From the NCBI GenBank assembly GCA_964036045.1, contig OZ038378.1, positions 168,268,001 through 168,332,000 of the forward strand: a DNA stretch of 64,000 nucleotides. The letters run 5' to 3'. Shown piece by piece: positions 24,456 through 37,210 of the stretch. This DNA comes from Eutreptiella sp. 'Long Island Sound 2002'. Lineage: Eukaryota > Protista > Euglenida. Every line of letters starts with the position of its first letter. Positions within the stretch are counted from its first letter, which is position 1. The translations under genes were made by a program, and so were the position numbers. The notes under the pieces are model-generated. The model searched no databases. It was not told the origin of the DNA and saw only the letters and a program-made list of their open reading frames with translations.

Positions 24456-25306
24456 AACCAAGAGAATCATTTGCGGGTTTGAAACCTACACCAATGGTTA
24501 CGTACCCACGGGGCAATCTTGGTACACTGATTGCAGCAAACTGGTGATTCACGCTACCTACCCGCATATGACGGAGGGCCCTAGGGCAGTCATGGCCTTT
24601 ATCTGTGGACCTTTGCAGGTGATTGCCAGGATGCATGGCCCGCAGAGCTCTTATGGAGCGGAGCTGATGGGGCTCTGTGTTGCGGCAAGGCTTTGCCCAA
24701 CCAGGCTCATCCATTACCCTTGACAAGAAAGTAGTTGTAGACCACGGCCCCTGTGAGCCCTACAGGGAGGCATCACACATGGACTTGCGTTGTCAGGTTG
24801 CAGCATTGCTCCGGGGCAAACAGATCACGGTTAGTTGGATTCCTGCGCACCAGACAGCCTCAGCGGCCCATGATGCCCAAGAATTGGATGATATGCATCG
24901 CAATAATGAGGTTGACCGGCTGGCAAAGCTTGCCACTACTCTCCCCCTCCCTCTGCACACTCCTGAAACACTGCCAGCAGTTTTGTGGGGGGAACTGAGG
25001 CCCCAACACCCGCGAGTAAGTAGATTGCGGCCGTCCGCCCCTACGCCAAATATGAGGGCCTGCATTGGACTACATGGCTGCCTCTGCGCCGTGTGCGCCG
25101 CCACATGTGGATACAGTAGATGTGGGGTAATTTCCGCTGGTCTGAGTGCTGCCCCCCTTGGGAAACTGTGTAAGGTACTATGCCCCTTGTGCTCGAAGTG
25201 GCACAGAGGAACCACACATGCACGCCTGGCTCAGTGCGATGCATGGCTGCTTGTTTTTGTTGCAGAGTGGGTACGCACGTGGGATACTTGGGGTGACTTG
25301 GCCTAG
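24456..25306 (+). mobile_element. 3' piece of the non-LTR retrotransposon: RNase H domain and C-terminal Cys/His motif
   Basis: QSWYTDCSK (YTDGSK-like), HGPQSSYGAELMGL, SITLDKKVV, VSWIPAH, RNNEVDRLAK, then CPLCSKWHRGTTHARLAQC. Several frameshifts. Confidence 0.8.
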
Positions 25307-26075
25307 CTCTGGATCTCTACGCCCTCCTGCATAGGACTTAGACCACATCTCAAAGCTGCGTGTCCCACAGTCTTTCATTGACGCAGTACCCCGCAATAGG
25401 CTGCACGCACTTCGATATAGAGTCGCCTAGCATCAGTACCACTTGGCCCATGCGGTCATACTCCTGCGTCAATCCCTCCCTATGCCCTCCAAAGAGGCAG
25501 AACGTACAAAGCATACCCCGTCCCATAGCACTCCGGTGTGGTACACTGCCCGACGCCGGCGGACAATCCAGCCCAATCCAAGTGACAGCGCTCTGCGCTG
25601 TCAGGTACACTACCGACCCCCCGTACAAAAGAAAAAGCCCCCAGGATTCGGACGCCGGGCCCGGCTTCCGGACGGACGGGTGGACTGGCTCCGATTAGAG
25701 CCATACTCTGAATCCAATGCGTCTCCTTTGCTCCGCCTAGTTTCTACTGTTACACCCCCTATACAAGCCAAGGTCCAGCAGCACCTCATGACGCGCGTGG
25801 CAACCGCCGCAAACCAACCCCCCCCACCTCCACAGGGAAATACCCGCCCAGGCATCTTTCTCATGCAGTCATTGTCCCATCCGAATCACCTTTGGATGAA
25901 TATGCGTTGAGACCTGCAGGCCCTGCATAGAGAGCATGTTGTCATTGTTTCCCTCTCCCACAAAGACACTGCGTGGAGACGTGAGGTGACCACTGCGTGG
26001 ATGCGCCCTGTTCGGTTGGCTTAGTTTCTACTGCGTTCCTTCTTCATAGAGGCCACTCTCTACGACAAAGGAAGG

Positions 26076-26738
26076 ATGGCCACGGACGTCCTAGCTTTCC
26101 ACTCCTTCACCCTGTCGTATACGTCGGTGTATTCTTTCATCCACGTGTTGTGGGGTGTGCAGCGGCGACAAGTATACATTATCGGCTGGGCCACCCTGCA
26201 TATGGTTTCAATGTCCCACCAAAGATATGTGGCATGGGCCACAATGTGTATGTACTGCATGCGGGGGCATGAACAGTGGCTTCGGGCGTCGTTGGCCTCT
26301 GTTGAGGGTTTGTACAATATTTCCTTTCGCAGAACCGCCCGTGTCACACGCACTATGTGGCATAATGTGTTGATGTCCCGTGCCCGTGCTCTGTGGGACG
26401 AGGCGGTGTCTTCGCAGCATGCCTATTTTTTGAAGAGCTGCAGTGCGCACACAGTTCGTCATTTGGACCGGCGGTGGACCCACTGGGCCAACCTCACAAA
26501 ACACTGGGAGGAGGTGGCCTGGCGGGAGCCGGTGAAATACTTGGAAGCCGAAAGGGCAGAGTTCCGGGTTCTGCACCTAAAGTGTCGCCGACCGCCCGAC
26601 GCCGACCTGCACACACCAACAAGGCGGCATACTCATATGCACCCCTCCCATGCCATTCAGCTCACAGGATTGCCCGTCTGGGACTCATCTGACAATCCTG
26701 TCATTCAACTCACTAGATCTCCGCGGGGTATGGCTTAG
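26076..26738 (+). other. Unassigned 220-aa ORF, probably a repeat-derived remnant
   Basis: Open frame with protein-like composition inside a decayed repeat region. No recognised motif. Confidence 0.25.
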
Positions 26739-29700
26739 CCTTCGTGAAGCCACCCTGTTTACTGCTCAAAAGACATGTGAGTTTTTAAACTCTATGAGAC
26801 TGCTCCCTATGCTTCTTCTCCTATTCTTGTTTTTGTCTTTCTTCTCTTTCGTCCGGTCCATATTGATACACTATCTCAAGTACGGGTGTGGACCCCGGGG
26901 TTGTGGCAAGTTTCACCTCCTGCATATGTTGTGCAGTACTAAATGGACAGGCGCCCCTGTTGGATTCCCTCAGTCCCAGGGACATACCTCATGTGTTCCA
27001 CTCTAGGGGGGCGTTTTCGCACAGCGCGGGCACAGCACCAATTATTACGGTGATTATCCAGGTAACAACCCTGAAAACCACCCACCTGCGGAATCATGCA
27101 CAATCAATTCAAAACTCAAAAATTCAAACATCTAATGCTTGCCATGGGTCCCAGGGACCTAAATTCTGCCCCCTATAGCCCCGTCCACTGCAACAGCCAT
27201 TCAATGACGTCCTTTCAACCTTCTGAACTTACCGAACTCCCGGTGGTGGAGAACAGCCAACTTTTCGCATAGCGCGTGCACAGCGCACGGTACGCCCCCT
27301 AGTGGCTAAGCCTTTTTGACTGTACATACTCCTAGGCCATGGTGCCCATGCACACTGTTGCCTGTTGGCGGAAGTCACCAGTGTCGGAATGCAAAAGGAA
27401 AAGAATGTTACGATTTTCAACATCCAAGGTGCTTCGTATGCGGTGCGCGCGGTGCGCGCACCTGGCTCCTACTACTTTTGTTCACGAGATGCCTGCCCAT
27501 GACCCTCAATTGCCCTACTCAGCTGGGCACAGCCTCAGCCCGCTGCATGAGAAGATAACACCGCTGCTGGTCGGGGCAGTTCAACAAATAGTTTGTTGTA
27601 GCGGCACCACATGCTCGCAACCCCCCCCCCCCCCGCTACTGCCACACCTCTACAGTATCACCCGTAACCAGAACCCTGAAGTACCAATCTATCCCCCCCC
27701 CCCAGGGATGAAATTTACCCCCAAACAAGCCTAAAACCGGAAATGCAACTTTGGAATGTGAGGATTGCTTTGTTAAAAATGTTGGTGGCTTGTTGAGGTG
27801 TCCTGGTGTGTTGAATTTTGAATATTGGAGCTGTCAGGATATTGCTTCCCATGTCACTGAAGCTAGCATTGTCAGGTTGAGAATTGCAAACCAAAATGAA
27901 ATGGATTGTCAACCCCCCAAAAGTGCCCACCAACCACCCAGGTTGTGCACAATTACCCCCTGGGGGGGGGGGGGATGTGTGGCCAGTGGGGTGGTAATTG
28001 TACATATCCCATTTCGAGGGAGATTCTTACTCACTAGGGGGGGGGGTGTGACCTAATTAACTCACTAGGGGGGGGGGGTGTTATTTGGCAGTTTATGGTT
28101 GATAGTGTTGCCTGTCAAAGTAGGATGCATCCCAATCAATCCTCTTCCAATGACTTTGACCTGGTTCACACTTCATCAAAAGATACCGTGACAGGTGCGG
28201 TATCATAATCTCCTCGAATGCAACGAACATGAGGCGCAGTACTCTCCTCTGCCCACTGTCAAGGAGAGAACACAAAACCAAGACAACCACGAAGAAGATC
28301 AAAATAAAACTAGTGCAAACCTCTCTGCACAGCACTGGAAATACTTCAGAAATTGACCAACTTTGTGCTGTTTATGCTCTGTGCACCTCCAGTTTGTTTC
28401 CTTCTGTTATGCAGCATTTCACACTATTTCTAGTCAGTTTTGCCTCACCAGTGAGCCCAATTCACTCAAAGAAACAAACAGCCATACCTCATACAAATGC
28501 CCCATTTTGGATCCGGGTCAAACATTCCAGGACAAATTCTCGGGCAGAGCATGGCACAGTACACAGGAAGGCATTTTGCAATTGTGCAACACAACATTCT
28601 CATGAAATGATGGTTCGGCAAATCCTTACTCGCAAGAAAGCAAGAAACCTATGTGTGAAAGAAACTTCCAGTGGCGCCATTGCAGGTGCACATGTATGTG
28701 ACTATTTCCTTGATTTCTGGTCAACCAGGTGGTAAAGAGCAGTTCACAGTGGTGGGTTCCATGAATCGTGGGTTCTGCATGGTGGCTGTACTGGGTGCAG
28801 TACGCTCTTCGTCGGGGACGACTCATGCCCAGCAGCTCACCTGCAATGTTTTGAACCTCTATGAATCCAGTGTAGGACAACAGAGACCGAGTAAAAGAAA
28901 TTGAAGGACAAGAAAAAGGAGCATATGAAGGTGACGCAGGGATGGATTGATGCCAGAAGACAAGGAATAAAGTCAATTCACCAGTCCGGTCTGGTGGACC
29001 CTCCTATTACGTGACCCAGAAGGGAAAATCCCATAGAAAGCCCCAGGCCACACTTCTTCCCAAGAATCCTTTCGTTCAGCAAACTATTTTGGACGTCTCG
29101 ATAGATGAAAGCGAGTCACTTCTGAAAGTGGAAAACCGCATTGCATGCACAGATAATGAGGTTTCCATTTCATCGCATAATACTTGCACCACACACGCAC
29201 CTTGGGGACTTGTTCCACAGAAAGCTACCTGAAAGCGGTTTCGCAAACATATTGTGAGAGTTCTTCTGCGTTCCACTTGGGTGCATACTGCTGCGGGGGG
29301 GGGGGGGGGATGGCTGTTGCTGGGGCTGTTGACACGTAGAACGGGAAAACACTCCCTGCCCTCTCCATCAAGAGAAAAAATTGGGTGGTCAGTCTGGAAG
29401 GCGAAGATGGGGAAAGTGTTTGCTCAGCAATTAACAATTTTACATCAAAAGGCATTCTGATGCCCCTTGATGGCAATGCCCTAAATAATTTCTTGCAGCA
29501 GCCCATGATGCACTTCAAAGGAGCTTCAACCAAAGTAATTTGCAGAAGACGCTTCAGGGGACACTGGCTCACTGCAAGCAACCCAATCAACTCACGCTGA
29601 CCCCACAACTGCGAGGACGCAGTGCAACGGCCACAAACCTGGCCAATGTTGACACACAGTTTGCAGCAAGGGCCTTCGATCCACAACCTCAGGATTGATC

Positions 29701-29942
29701 GAAGGCAGGAAAAACTCTCAAACTCTGCAAGGCTTGTGTTAGCGGGAAGAAGCAGAGGGCACAATACACATATTAAGAATGCAAGTGCCAGTCTCTGCCA
29801 GCAGTTGTTGAGTGAAATGGGTTGCACTACCGGATAAGGGGTCATTGGAGTATGAAGCTGGGGGGCAGGGGGGGGAGGGGCAAGGGCGACTTACTGCACG
29901 CTATTCTTGACTGCTGCAGCCTCACTGACTTTTCAGAGGCGT

Positions 29943-30926
29943 TCATTCTTCGTCACCCTCAGGCTCCTTCGCCAAGCCACGCTTCGCCTTAAACGCGACC
30001 CAGTGCTGTGTGATGTTGGGAATGTTCTTTTCCATGGCGTTGTTCTCGATCCAGGAATGCTGCAGACACTCAGTGGCGGACAGCCGCTTCGTTGGATCGA
30101 CCTCCAAAAGGTGGGTGATGAGGTCCTTTGCACTATTGGAGATGTGGTCCCAGTATGGGCTTGGAAAGGAGTAAGAGCCACTCGTGATCAGATTGAAAAG
30201 AGTAGCAGTGTTCTCATCGAAAAAGGGGCAGAAACCACAGAGCAGCACGTACAGGATGACCCCCAAAGACCACATATCTACAGCAAAGCTGTACCCCTCC
30301 TGGTGGCTCAGCAGCACCTCGGGGGCAACGTAATTGGGCGACCCACATGCAGTCTTCACAACGATGTCCCCCCTGTAGATCTTGGCCAACCCAAAGTCTG
30401 TAATCCTGATGTCTGTGTCATCGTCAGGCCGGGCGTAAAGCAAATTCTCAGGCTTCAAGTCACGATGGATGACCCCTTTGCCATGGAGGTATTCAATGGC
30501 ACTCAGAACCTTCTTCATGATAATGCTGCTCGTCTTCTCTGAATACCCCATCGGATAATCGTTGCAAATTCTGTCGAACAGTTCACCACCCATCATCAAA
30601 TCCATCACCATGTACACGTACGTTGAATCTTCGTAGACGTCGGTCAGATTCACAATATTGGGGTGGCTCAAATCCATCAAAATGCTAACCTCTGTCTTTA
30701 GGTTCTGCACCTTCACGTCAATGTTATTCTTGTCAATGATCTTGACAGCGACATGTTCCGGTGGATCTGTTGTACTAACTCCCAGTCGGACCACACTGAA
30801 AGAGCCTTTTCCAAGGACTTCCTTGACGTCGTACTTTTCTGCAAATGAAGACGAGACATCAAAAATGGTCTTTTTCGACTTCTTGGAATCGGTCTTGTCC
30901 TTGATCTTCTTGAGGAACCCCTTCAT
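29943..30926 (-). CDS. CaMK-family (CaMK1/MLCK-A-like) Ser/Thr protein kinase, 327 aa, intronless
   Basis: Intact kinase motifs GKGSFS, VAVK, HRDLKPEN, DFG, TACGSPNYVAPE, DMWSLGVILYVLLCG and YWDHIS. Short basic tail, no EF hands. Confidence 0.97.
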   Translation of the reverse strand: MKGFLKKIKDKTDSKKSKKTIFDVSSSFAEKYDVKEVLGKGSFSVVRLGVSTTDPPEHVAVKIIDKNNIDVKVQNLKTEVSILMDLSHPNIVNLTDVYEDSTYVYMVMDLMMGGELFDRICNDYPMGYSEKTSSIIMKKVLSAIEYLHGKGVIHRDLKPENLLYARPDDDTDIRITDFGLAKIYRGDIVVKTACGSPNYVAPEVLLSHQEGYSFAVDMWSLGVILYVLLCGFCPFFDENTATLFNLITSGSYSFPSPYWDHISNSAKDLITHLLEVDPTKRLSATECLQHSWIENNAMEKNIPNITQHWVAFKAKRGLAKEPEGDEE

Positions 30927-30942
30927 TTTGCAACGTCAGTAA

Positions 30943-30963
30943 CTAGAGCAAGGGGACAAAGGG
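30943..30963 (-). promoter_or_regulatory. Splice acceptor (possible trans-splice site) 16 nt upstream of the kinase ATG
   Basis: Minus strand CCCTTTGTCCCCTTGCTCTAG|TTACTGACGTTGCAAAATG. A 5' UTR cis-intron is equally possible. Confidence 0.5.
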
Positions 30964-32319
30964 CTCATGAAGGGTGCGACAACGAGTCTCATTTTGCAGA
31001 AAAGCGCCAGTATCCACAGAACTAACACCTAGAATGGTTTGGACAACGCTGTTGTTTGTCCATGAATCAATCAAATGGGAGGTGCAGTACCACGACAAAC
31101 TATAATCATAATCAGAGAGGCTTCAGGGACCATGTGTGAAGTGGCAAATTTGTCCGAAGAAGGTAAGACGCACCTGTGATACAGCATGATTCAGTGCCAC
31201 ACCTCAAAAAAAATGATATTTACGTAAGAGGGAGGTGGGGTGTTGTGAAACATCCCCCAAGATCTGCCACAATCTATTTAATAGAATTCCCTGTGCATTT
31301 TTCTGGGGTGGGGTGGGGTTGCTCTGCTGCCTGAAATAATTGTGCTGTCAGTGGTGTCTTGTAATTTGCCTTTGTTGCCTGTACTGCAATGGCCCGAAAT
31401 GTTGTTTCCCTTTTTTGTGTCATATGATCATGGCAATCTTGATTTTCCTCATGTGCGGTGCACGGTTCTCAGTTAGCTACTCCTGCTAATGAGCAAATGC
31501 AGAATTACTTATGGCTATTGGCACTTCCCCTGCAATCCTCCCTTCTCTCTCTCTTCATTGGTAGATCACATTGTGATGACGTTGATACTCACGTTGAGCT
31601 CACCTACTCCTCTGCTCCTTGCAAGGTCTCGCATTTTGCCCTTTCACCCACGGGGGGGCGACTACAACCGGTCCTGATGCGACACCCCCCCAGCTATCTG
31701 TGAAAACCTGGGGCTGGTGGGCAGTTGGGGGGGGGGGGTCGCCTGGAGGGTCTGGGGGGGGGGGGGGTCGGAGGGTCTGCGGGGGGGGGTTGGCCGTGGG
31801 GGGGGGGGGTTCCCAAGGTGGGGGGGCCTACACGCGACCCACTACTACCACATGCATACCTCCAGGAGGGATGTGTGTCTTGGGCGGGTTTGGACAAGCT
31901 GCTGGTGGATGTTGTGAAGCAGGGGACAGATGAGCAGGTGTGACCACAGTGGTTGTGGTGATCTTTCACTTTGCAACAAACGACATTTGTTGAGTGCCTC
32001 GTCTTGCTAATCTGGCGCTCAAAACATGGATGGTCTGATGAAAGGGAAGCATGCACAAAAAAACTTCGGCACCGTTGGCGCCATGGCCCCAACACCACTA
32101 TCTCTCAAAACCCGGGGGGGGGGGGGGGAGGGGGCTGGGGGGTGTCACATACAAGGACCGGGCCCGGCCGCCCCCCCGTGCTTTCACCTTCATTTTCTAT
32201 TGTTGCTTCATTGTTCTTTTGCTCCTTCTACTTCTACCTCTCTTCTTGTCCTTTCCCTTTCTCTTTTCCTGATTCTTCACTTTACACTTCTCTTTTCCCC
32301 TCTGGGCCCTACCGTTCAA

Positions 32320-32706
32320 CAGGGCGGTCCTTAACGGGGGAAAAAAAAAGTATTCCAGAACCAGTTTTCCCAAAAAAGCCCGCGGGCACTCCATGTGCTC
32401 AACCATGGTTGGTGGCGGTTGGCGGTTGGCGGTTGGCAACTGGCGGTTGGTGGCGGTTGGTTGTGGTTGGCGGTGGTTGGTGATTGGTGGTTGGTGGCGG
32501 TTGGCAGTGGTTGGCAGTTGGCGGTTGGTCGCCGCTGGCGGTTGGCGGCGGTTGGTGGCTGGTGGTTGGTGGCGGTTGGTGGTTGGCGGTTGGTGGCGGT
32601 TGGCGGTTGATGGGAGTTGGCGGTTGGCGGTTGGTGGTCCCTTGGGGCGGTCCTTAAGGGCGGTCCTTAGCAAAAAAAAAAATCTGGTCCCTTAAGGACC
32701 GCCCTG
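32320..32706. mobile_element. MITE family A, copy 2, with an expanded (GGCGGTT/GGTGGTT)n array
   Basis: TIRs CAGGGCGGTCCTTAA ... TTAAGGACCGCCCTG. TACCGTT occurs in both flanks (the left copy is offset by 3 nt). Homologous to 9889-10131. Confidence 0.85.
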
Positions 32707-34779
32707 TACCGTTGTGTGTTCTACTTGTGCAGCACCTGCACCTCACCACACTACACCTCACCACACCTCACTACCACCTCACCTGACCTCACCTCACCGG
32801 GCATGAGGAAGAACACACACCCGCAAGTGTTGCTGCAATTGCAGTATGTTTTTGTCCTCACCAATAACCAGCCACATCCACTAAGGATGATGTGCATCAT
32901 ATGCCACTAGGCTGGGGGAAAATTGCACCCCGAGGGGGGGGGGGGGTGTATGAGCCCCTTTTTCCAACCCCAAGGGGGGCTCTTCTGTCAAGGGGCCAAC
33001 TTCAGCAAACATGGCGTCGGTAGTGGTACTTATGTTCAAGGACACGTTGGTCCCCGGTCATTTCCAGCTGTTCTCAGTGACAGCGCCCCACCAAGGCCTC
33101 CCATTGCCATGTAACGGAAAATCAAGCTTACTTAGAGTCTGTGTCTGAGTCCCGGGAAGAAGTAGATGAGCTAGAGTGTGGGTGGAAGAGTTGGAGCCAC
33201 AGGGGGGACGTCTCCTCGCGTTTGTACACGACTCCCCCACCCAGTAGAAGTGGCCGAAGCCCCCCCCCCCAGGGGGGGGGGGGGTTCAACGCCTCCTCTG
33301 GGCGCCTAAGTCCATGGTCGGCGCAACGGTCCCTGCATGACTCTACTGGGCTGGGCGCACCCGGCTGTCGCGGTCTCAAGGCGTGCCGGACTGTTGACAG
33401 CCCCCGAACCCTGCAGTGGCACACGCAGGAGGGAGATACCGCCGTGCCTTTGTGTGTTGCGTGTGCATCAGTGGTTCGTGTGGGGGGGGTGGGGGGCACA
33501 CCTGCTTGCTCCATCTGCTTCCGGTTGGGGTGGTGTGTGCACGGTGCTCCGGGCCCGGTGGGGAGGCTTGGGAGCCTAATGCTGAGCGCACCGTGGAGTA
33601 GTAGGCTAGGGCCCACTACCTCTTGATCACTAGGACATTCTCCCAAGCCACCCCACAACTGCATGGCACGGGGGCAGCCGTGGCGCATGGCTCAACTGGG
33701 TTGGACCCGCACCCCTTGAATAGAGGTTTTGCTAGATTCGGAGGACCACCGTCCCTAGCCCGTACTATGGCACATCTACCGGCTGGGATGATGTCCATCC
33801 TGCCTGTGCAAAGGTCCCCGCCCCATAAGGTCAATGGTGTGGAATTTATGTGGGATTGCCGCATGTATCCTACACGTAATGGGGTGGCGCCACGCAGAGA
33901 CGTGGCATCTGTGTTTTGGGAGGGCATTTTTTCCCGCAGTGCGTCCCCACGGCACACTGGAGATGCCAAGCCTGGCCCATGATATTGCGCAATCCCGTGG
34001 TAGACGACACAACATGAGTGACATTTTCAATGCATTATGCACCTGTGCATCACGTGTGGAACCTCAATTGTTTGATCGGTTATTCCAAGTGGCATCGGAT
34101 CAATTTTACCAACGCACACTGTCACGCCTACCCAGGCGGATTACGGTCTGTGTACCCCCCTTGTCCCGGGGTGTACAAAGTGCAGTCCAGCAATTTGCCT
34201 TAGCCAAAATTCACTCTAGCCAAGCACCCCCCCCCCTCAAGCAATGGTGTGTGAAGGCGCTGAATGTTGTACCGCTCAGGACTGCAAGATTTCTTGCATA
34301 CCAGACCACGGCTCAGGCTCAGTCAGGAATGTGTGGGTGTATCCCTCAGGTCCCACACGACCCCTTTATGCAATAGGCCAATACCCAGATCGGGTCCCTT
34401 CAGGATGTTCGAGCATCACCATGATACTATCCGTCCTTCTGCTTCCCATTTCAGGGGGATCTCATATATCTGCCCTAGGAAAATTTCCAGTGCCATCTTT
34501 GATTTCTTGCACTCTGGCGACCTTGATGCTGCAAGTTGCACCAGGCATCACCCGGGTGTCCAAGGTAGTTATTGGTCAAAGTCTTCAACATATTGGGGTC
34601 TTGAGGGGGCCCATGTTGCACATGTCTTCTACACATCAAATGCAACAAATCCACCCAAATGACTTGACCCTCATATGCCCACATGTTGGAGTAATGGGGG
34701 TAGGGGTGCGGTGCAGTCTGTCTGAAACTTGACCGGAACAGGCAAAAAAAACCCAACCTGTCAACGGTAATGGCCAATT

Positions 34780-34880
34780 TTCGAAAAAATATGGTTCCGA
34801 ACCCCCCATGAACCCATACATCTCCGAAAAGCCCTTTTCAAGGGCTTTCCAAATATACCCCACATTACCCCCCCCTCCGG
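34780..34880 (+). repeat. Dispersed repeat family member (other copies at about 42695-42790 and 44075-44175)
   Basis: Shared pattern AAAATAT(G/T)GT...CCCC..ACCCAT...TCCGAAA...TTT...AAA..TATA in three places. Confidence 0.55.
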
Positions 34881-35455
34881 GACACTCAGTGGGCACAAAT
34901 CAGGCAACAATGGCAACAACCCCCCGAAAACGCTCCGTGTTGGCACGATCCTCAACGTCCCCGAGAGATATGTGCTGCCATGCACAGATGGACTGCAATT
35001 GCCGAACACCCTCAGGGGGCAAGAAATTTGCCAGGTGTTTCCTCAAGAGGTGGGGGCGGTGAGGTGGCAAGCACTGCAGCGCTGTCATGAAAAACTTCAG
35101 CGGCACCACACTAGTACAAGATGCTTCTGTACCATTTGCCATGGGTGAAGGGCCTTGGACGACAGCCAGCACAGGCTCCTTCTTGAAAAAAATAGCACAC
35201 AACAATGCCTTGGTCAGGAAAAACGAGGTGCACATGAGCTCTGTGAACAGTGTCTCGCAGTTCTGGTACTGTGAAATATGAACACAGCGACATAGCACAA
35301 CAAAGTGCAGAAAAGCCACCACGTGGAACTGATGGCTTTCTTTTGGAACTAGCAAACCACGGTCCGGGGGGTGGACAAGAAGAGGGGGTTGGGGGAGGGG
35401 GGGGCTTGGACAGTTGGACAGAGGGTGGGGTATGTACCCAGACCTATTGATGCAG

Positions 35456-35457
<2 letters not shown>

Positions 35458-35493
<36 letters not shown>
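35458..35493. repeat. (CA)n microsatellite
   Basis: Direct reading. Confidence 0.9.
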
Positions 35494-35495
<2 letters not shown>

Positions 35496-36699
35496 TGCAA
35501 GTGTGCATGCACGCACCCCAGTGCCACAGCGTGACTCACTGTGGCTCCCTGCAGCTAGCCACAAGTGCAAGTGTGCACAAGCGGTCTAAACCCCGACAGT
35601 CTCCATCACAGGATGTGCTTCTGCACCAGACACACTACCGATTCAGAGCACCTGCTTCAAGAAAAAAGGGAAAGGGGACACACACGAAATGCTATAAGGG
35701 GGCAGTCCAATGCCCCCTTACATAAATACAGGAGACCAGCATGTATCAGAAGGCCCAGTGGACCCGAACGACCCACTGTGCTGCAGTGTGCTGGCATGGA
35801 AAGGAAAGGTGGTACAGCTGCCGGAGTTAGAGCAGCGAAGACCTACGGGGCCTAACTTGACAAAGGAGAGATCTATGATGCATGTCCAGCCTACGCTCAG
35901 TTGTGTGCTCGTTGCATGTCGCGATCCAGGGACTGTCTAGTGCACATGAGGGAATCCTGTCGATAACCATCTTCCGCGGTTCGTGACACCTGCAACTACA
36001 AGACATTCTGCACAAGAACCTTCAATCAAAGGTCGACAAGCACCGCCGGCAGGTCAACCAACACACTGCACTGATGAGTGTATTTTGTACTGGTGGTTTG
36101 CACTGGGCTTTTGACAAAAGGGAGCCACAAAGCCCACAGGCTAGCGTTGTATCGTGGCGAAAGGGTGTGGGAGAACCAGTCAAATGCCAGGCGGCCTCCG
36201 TGCACTAGGAGTGGTCGTGTGTCTAAGCTTCGGGGGCCCCAAGCCATCCCCCGCAGGCAAAGGGGTGGGTGTCAGGGTGGGGGGATGGGGGGTCCAAGGT
36301 AGGGGCAGGGGCCACCCTCTCCTTCCTTGCACTCTGAAAACACGATGATTCCCCTCCCATAGCAGTTCTGTTCTCCATGCATGGGTTGCCAGGCAACCAT
36401 CCTGCCTGGGGGGAGCCTCGCACGCAGATGATGGGGCACTGGCATGGGCAGAGTATGGGGCACTCACATGGGCAGAGTGTGGAGCGGCAGAAAGAGAGCA
36501 GAGGGGTGGAGAGGCGCGCATGCACAAAGTGGGGGCCTGCGGAATGCCTGCACAGCTGCGGAGCCCTCAGCTCAACTGTCACTGACGCTCGGCGTGGGCC
36601 GGCGCCAAGCAGAACTTCGGGCATGAGGTGCCTCGGTCCTGGAGGTGGGGTTAGGTGAAAACTCCAGAAGCTTATGGGCATCCGGGAGTGAGTCCATGG

Positions 36700-37210
36700 G
36701 GGGCATCCGCCCAGTCAGAGATGGGGTCAAGGTTGGCAAGGCAGGGGGCAGAACTGCAAGACCCTTGGCTCAGCCATCGCTCACGCCAGGTATGGGCTGG
36801 TCCCAAGCGGCTTCCTGACTTGATGTACAGTGGCGGCATCAGCCCAGAAAAAGTCCCCCACGTCCCCAAGTTCTCCTACAGTCACTGAGCCGCCATAAAT
36901 TTAAGCCACTGCATGGACCGATGAAGGTTCGCAGGGGTTAGCTGGAAATGTCGTCCCTGAAGGTTTTACATGTCTCCATCAAAGCAACATAGTAATCAAG
37001 GAAATTGCTCCCTGGCGTCTCCGAAGGAGACTGTGGTGACGCAAAGCAGCAAAGGAAGCAGGGTCCTGTACCGCTGGCATACCTGCCTCTAGAACTGGTG
37101 CAGAGGAGAAAATTTCGTGTGCCAAACAATCTGAACAAAGTGACGCCCTGACTCAATGTCATAGTGCCGCTGTTGAGGGTTTGGGCCAAACTGTTCAGTA
37201 GGTGCATCAG
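36700..37210 (-). mobile_element. Possible second PLE-type RT remnant
   Basis: GRYASGTGP...CKTFRDDI (36938-37207), followed in another frame by VHQVRKPLGTSPYL. Resembles G.AMGT / RF+DD / YRKP...YL but is heavily decayed. Confidence 0.35.

Noticed and set aside
28093-28255. Possible terminal exon on the minus strand (…KRIDWDASYFDRQHYQP*)
   Set aside because: It has a good acceptor, but no compatible upstream exon could be established.
29225-29845. 206-aa ORF downstream of the kinase
   Set aside because: No motif, and it ends in a poly-C-derived Pro run. More likely 3' flank or UTR.
32197-32695. ORFs such as TANRQLP / WRLVVGG repeats (also 9908-10168, 41175-41545, 50279-50864)
   Set aside because: They are translations of MITE internal arrays and microsatellites.
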